A stretch of 64,000 nt of DNA, from assembly GCA_964016885.1 (NCBI GenBank), contig OZ024743.1, positions 140,306,001 through 140,370,000 of the forward strand, given 5' to 3'. This document shows, in pieces, positions 59,701-64,000 of the stretch (its first letter is position 1; each line of letters begins with the position of its first letter). The notes beneath the pieces were generated by a model. It was not told the DNA's origin and made no database searches. It saw nothing but the letters and a program-made list of their open reading frames with translations. The DNA is from Eledone cirrhosa (Eukaryota). The translations under genes were made by a program, and so were the position numbers.

Positions 59701-62700
59701 TGTTTGATGCTTGGTGCTTGGTGCTTGGTGTTTGGTGGTTGGTGCTTGGTGTTTGATGCTTGGTGCTTGGTGCTTGGTGTTTGGTGCTTGGTGCTTGGTG
59801 TTTGGTGCTTGGTGCTTGGTGTTTGGTGTTTGGTGCTTGGTGTTTGGTGCTTGGTGCTTGGTGCTTGGTGCTTGGTGTTTGGTGGTTGGTGCTTGGTGCT
59901 TGGTGTTAGGTGTTTGGTGCTTGGTGCTTGGTGTTTGGTGTTTGGTGCTTGGTGTTTGGTGTTTGGTGCTTGGTGTTTGGTGCTTGGTACTTGGTGCTTG
60001 GTGCTTGGTGTTAGGTGTTTGGTGCTTGGTGTTTGGTGTCTGGTTTTTGGTGCTTGGTGCTTGGTGTTTGGTGCTTGCTGCTGGCTGCTTGGTGTTTGGT
60101 GCCTCGTGATTGGTGCTTGGTGTTTGGTGCTTGGTGTTTTGTGTTTGGTGCTTGGTATTTGGTGCTTGGTGCTTGGTGTTTGTACTTGGTGCTTGGTGCT
60201 TGGTGTTTGGTTCTTGGTTCTTGGTGTTTGGTGTTTGGCGATTGGTGTTTGGTGCTTGGTGCTTGGTGTTTGGTGCCTGGTGCTTGGTGCTTGGTGCTTG
60301 GTGTTTCGTGTTTGGTGCTTGGTGCTTGGAGTTTGGTGTTTGGTTCTTGGTGCTTGGTGTTTTGTGTTTGGTGCTTGGTGTTTGATGCTTGGTGCTTGGT
60401 GCTTGGTGTTTTGTGTTTGGTGCTTGGTCCTTGGTGGTTGGTGCTTGGTGCTTGGTGCTTGGTGTTTGTACTTGGTGCTTGGTGCTTGGTGTTTGGTTCT
60501 TGGTTCTTGGTGTTTGGTACTTGGTGCTTGGTGCTTGGTGCTTGATGTTTGGTGTTTGGTGGTTGGTGTTTGGTGCTTGGTGCTTGGTGCTTGGTGTTAG
60601 GTGTTTGGTGCTTGGTCCTTGGTGTTTGGTGCTTGGTGTTTGGTGCTTGGTGTTTGGTGTTTGCTGTCTGCTTTTTGGTGTTTAGTGTTTGCTGTATGGT
60701 GTTTGGTGTTTGCTGTTTGGTGTTTGGTCTTTGGTGCTTGGTGTTTGGTGCTTGGTGCTTGGTGCTTGGTGTTTGGTGTTATATGCTTGGTGTTTGATGC
60801 TTGGTGCTTTGTGCTTGGTGTTTGGTGTTTGGTGTTTGTACTTGGTGCTTGGTGCTTGGTGCTTGGTGTTTGGTGCTTGGTGTTTGGTGCTTGGTGCTTG
60901 GTGCTTGGTGCTTGGTGCTTGGTGTTTGGTGGTTGGTGTTTGGTGTTTGGTGTTTGGTGCTTGGTGTTTGGTGTTTGGTGCTTGGTGTTTGGTGCTTGGT
61001 ACTTGGTGCTTGGTGCTTGGTGTTAGGTGTTTGGTGCTTGGTGTTTGGTGCTTGGTGTTTGGTGCTTGGTGCTTGGTGCTTGGTGCTTGGTGTTTGGTGG
61101 TTGGTGTTTAGTGCTTGGTGTTAGTTGTTTGGTGCTTGGTGATTGGTGTTTGGTGTTTGGTGCTTGGTGTTTGGTGTTTGGTGCTTGGTGTTTGGTGCTT
61201 TTTGCTTGGTGCTTGGTGCTTGGTGTTTGGTGCTTGGTGCTTGGTGTTTGGTGCTGGGTGCTTGGTGTTTGGTGTTTGGTGTTATATGCTTGGTGTTTGA
61301 TGCTTGGTGCTTGGTGCTTGGTGTTTGGTGTTTGGTGCTTGGTGTTTGATGCTTGGTGCTTGGTGCTTGGTGTTTGGTGCTTGGTGCTTGGTGTTTGGTG
61401 CTTGGTGCTTGGTGTTTGGTGCTTGGTGTTTGGTGCTTGATGTTTGGTGCTTGGTGCTTGGTGCTTGGTGCTTGGTGTTTGGTGGTTGGTGCTTGGTGCT
61501 TGGTGTTAGGTGTTTGGTGCTTGGTGCTTGGTGTTTGGTGTTTGGTGCTTGGTGTTTGGTGTTTGGTGCTTGCTGCTGGCTGCTTGGTGTTTGGTGCTTG
61601 GTGATTGGTGCTTGGTGTTTGGTGCTTGGTGTTTGGTGTTTGGTGCTAGGTGCTTGGTGTTTGGTGCTTGGTGCTTGGTGTTTGTACTTGGTGCTTGGTG
61701 CTTGGTTCTTGGTGTTTGGTGCTTGGTGCTTGGTGTTTGGTGCTTGGTGCTTGGTGTTTGGTGCTTGGTGTTTGGTGCTTGGTGTTTGGTGCTTGGTGTT
61801 TGGTGCTTGGTGCTTGGTGCTTGGTGCTTGGTGTTTGGTGGTTGGTGTTTAGTGCTTGGTGTTAGTTGTTTGGTGCTTGGTGCTTGGTGTTTGGTGTTTG
61901 GTGCTTGGTGTTTGGTGTTTGGTGCTTGGTGTTTGGTGCTTTTTGCTTGGTGCTTGGTGCTTGGTGTTTGGTGCTTGGTGCTTGGTGTTTGGTGCTGGGT
62001 GCTTGGTGTTTGGTGTTTGGTGTTATATGCTTGGTGTTTGATGCTTGGTGCTTGGTGCTTGGTGTTTGGTGTTTGGTGCTTGGTGTTTGATGCTTGGTGT
62101 TTGGTGCTTGGTGATTGGTGCTTGGTGTCTGGTGCTTGGTGTTTGGTGTTTGGTGCTAGGTGCTTGGTGTTTGGTGCTTGGTGCTTGGTGTTTGTACTTG
62201 GTGCTTGGTGCTTGGTTCTTGGTGTTTGGTGCTTGGTGCTTGGTGCTTGGTGCTTGGTGTTTGGTGCTTGGTGCTTGGTGTTTGGTGCTGGGTGCTTGGT
62301 GTTTGGTGTTTGGTGTTATATGCTTGGTGTTTGATGCTTGGTGCTTGGTGCTTGGTGTTTGGTGTTTGGTGCTTGGTGTTTGATGCTTGGTGCTTGGTGC
62401 TTGGTGTTTGGTGCTTGGTGCTTGGTGCTTGGTGCTTGATGTTTGGTGTTTGGTGGTTGGTGTTTGGTGCTTGGTGCTTGGTGCTTGGTGTTAGGTGTTT
62501 GGTGCTTGGTCCTTGGTGTTTGGTGCTTGGTGTTTGGTGTTTGCTGTCTGCTTTTTGGTGTTTAGTGTTTGCTGTATGGTGTTTGGTGTTTGCTGTTTGG
62601 TGTTTGGTCTTTGGTGCTTGGTGTTTGGTGCTTGGTGCTTGGTGTTTGGTGTTTGGTGCTTGGTGCTTGGTGTTTGGTGTTATATGCTTGGTGTTTGATG

Positions 62701-64000
62701 CTTGGTGCTTGGTGCTTGGTGTTTGGTGTTTGGTGTTTGTACTTGGTGCTTGGTGCTTGGTGCTTGGTGTTTGGTGCTTGGTGTTTGGTGCTTGGTGCTT
62801 GGTGCTTGGTGCTTGGTGCTTGGTGTTTGGTGGTTGGTGTTTGGTGCTTGGTGTTAGGTGTTTGGTGCTTGGTGCTTGGTGTTTGGTGTTTGGTGCTTGG
62901 TGTTTGGTGTTTGGTGCTTGGTGTTTGGTGCTTGGTACTTGGTGCTTGGTGCTTGGTGTTAGGTGTTTGGTGCTTGGTGTTTGGTGCTTGGTGTTTGGTG
63001 CTTGGTGCTTGGTGCTTGGTGCTTGGTGTTTGGTGGTTGGTGTTTGGTGCTTGGTGTTAGGTGTTTGGTGCTTGGTGCTTGGTGTTTGGTGTTTGGTGCT
63101 TGGTGTTTGGTGTTTGGTGCTTGGTGTTTGGTGCTTTTTGCTTGGTGCTTGGTGCTTGGTGTTTGGTGCTTGGTTCTTGTTGTTTGGTGCTGGGTGCTTG
63201 GTGTTTGGTGTTTGGTGTTATATGCTTGGTGTTTGATGCTTGGTGCTTGGTGCTTGGTGTTTGGTGGTTGGTGCTTGGTGTTTGATGCTTGGTGCTTGGT
63301 GCTTGGTGTTTGGTGCTTGGTGCTTGGTGTTTGGTGCTTGGTGCTTGGTGTTTGGTGTTTGGTGCTTGGTGTTTTTGTGCTTGGTGCTTGGTGCTTGGTG
63401 CTTGGTGTTTGGTGGTTGGTGCTTGGTGCTTGGTGTTAGGTGTTTGGTGCTTGGTGCTTGGTGTTTGGTGTTTGGTGCTTGGTGTTTGGTGTTTGGTGCT
63501 TGGTGTTTGGTGCTTGGTACTTGGTGCTTGGTGCTTGGTGTTAGGTGTTTGGTGCTTGGTGTTTGGTGTCTGGTTTTTGGTGCTTGGTGCTTGGTGTTTG
63601 GTGCTTGCTGCTGGCTGCTTGGTGTTTGGTGCCTCGTGATTGGTGCTTGGTGTTTGGTGCTTGGTGTTTTGTGTTTGGTGCTTGGTATTTGGTGCTTGGT
63701 GCTTGGTGTTTGTACTTGGTGCTTGGTGCTTGGTGTTTGGTTCTTGGTTCTTGGTGTTTGGTGTTTGGCGATTGGTGTTTGGTGCTTGGTGCTTGGTGTT
63801 TGGTGCCTGGTGCTTGGTGCTTGGTGCTTGGTGTTTCGTGTTTGGTGCTTGGTGCTTGGAGTTTGGTGTTTGGTTCTTGGTGCTTGGTGTTTTGTGTTTG
63901 GTGCTTGGTGTTTGATGCTTGGTGCTTGGTGCTTGGTGTTTTGTGTTTGGTGCTTGGTCCTTGGTGGTTGGTGCTTGGTGCTTGGTGCTTGGTGTTTGTA
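56750..64000 (+). repeat. Tandem duplication, unit about 3.4-3.5 kb, with an internal 1767-bp sub-duplication
   Basis: Offsets are 3402 (57199/60601), 3360 (57667/61027, 58150/61510) and 3529-3530 (58966/62495, 60110/63640). The 1767 offset holds for 57199/58966 and 57667/59434. A 741-bp duplication is marked by TAGTTGT at 61122/61863. Confidence 0.88.

Larger units (their letters stand above)
1..64000 (+). repeat. Heptameric tandem satellite array (TTGGTGY)n, about 9,100 monomers, head-to-tail, open at both window ends
   Basis: TTGGTGC and TTGGTGT units dominate every line. Deviations are mostly 1-3 nt substitutions within the 7-bp register (TTGATGC, TTGCTGT, TAGGTGT, TTGGTAC, TTGGTGA, CTGGTGC) plus rare indels. 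No reverse-orientation (CACCAA) tract or unique sequence was seen on the + strand. Confidence 0.99.
47600..64000 (+). repeat. Right variant domain of the satellite (TATATGC / TTTTTGC / TTGGTGG / TTGGTTC / TTGGCGA vocabulary) with a 2.3-3.5 kb higher-order unit
   Basis: Marker TTGGCGA occurs at 49000, 51865, 54513, 56833, 60235 and 63765 (spacings 2865, 2648, 2320, 3402, 3530) and was not seen to the left. TTCATG and TGCGTGC were not seen here. Confidence 0.8.

Noticed and set aside
5-63915. Hundreds of + strand ORFs encoding hydrophobic LVLGAWC/LVFGVWC repeats (up to 655 aa, 11438..13405)
   Set aside because: The consensus 7-mer has no stop codon, so all three frames give the same heptad. 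Starts are mostly TTG/GTG from the repeat itself, stops fall at sporadic variants, and 7-bp indels between copies ignore frame.
1-64000. CRISPR array or other repeat-spacer system
   Set aside because: There are no unique spacers. Everything between recurring motifs is the same heptamer, and there are no cas genes.
1-64000. Bacterial heptamer repeats such as cyanobacterial STRR elements
   Set aside because: Those are short intergenic tracts among genes. A gene-free array of at least 64 kb with kb-scale higher-order structure does not fit, although the source organism cannot be proven here.
1-64000. Fungal RIP signature explaining the G>A variants
   Set aside because: The very common variant TTGATGC is not in the TpG/CpA context, most TG sites are intact, and many variants are transversions.
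1-64000. Purely synthetic sequence or low-complexity sequencing noise
   Set aside because: Rare variants recur in conserved order with nested, tree-like sharing between copies, which random error would not produce. Local misassembly of individual copies remains possible.

Overview
The whole 64 kb window is one uninterrupted, single-orientation array of a 7-bp satellite, consensus TTGGTGY (TTGGTGC/TTGGTGT; reverse strand RCACCAA), about 9,100 monomers. I see no unique sequence, genes, RNA genes, transposons or CRISPR. Every listed ORF is an artefact: a stop-free 7-mer translates as 7-aa repeats (LVLGAWC on +, KHQAPST on -) in all frames. The real structure lies in the order of monomer variants. 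The C/T choice at position 7, rare substitution variants and a few 6/8/9/10-bp monomers form a heritable barcode. It reveals nested duplications (about 105, 182, 189, 343, 550-600 and 741 bp; 1.8, 2.2, 2.6, 2.9, 3.4-3.5, 5.5, 7.3-7.7 and 12.8 kb), an ectopic copy 24 kb away, recurring TTGCTGT-rich islands and a left-to-right turnover of variant vocabulary. The best reading is eukaryotic heterochromatic (pericentromeric, centromeric or subtelomeric) satellite DNA, but organism and function cannot be determined from this window. Offsets come from matching rare variants and ORF-track starts by eye, so block boundaries are approximate.
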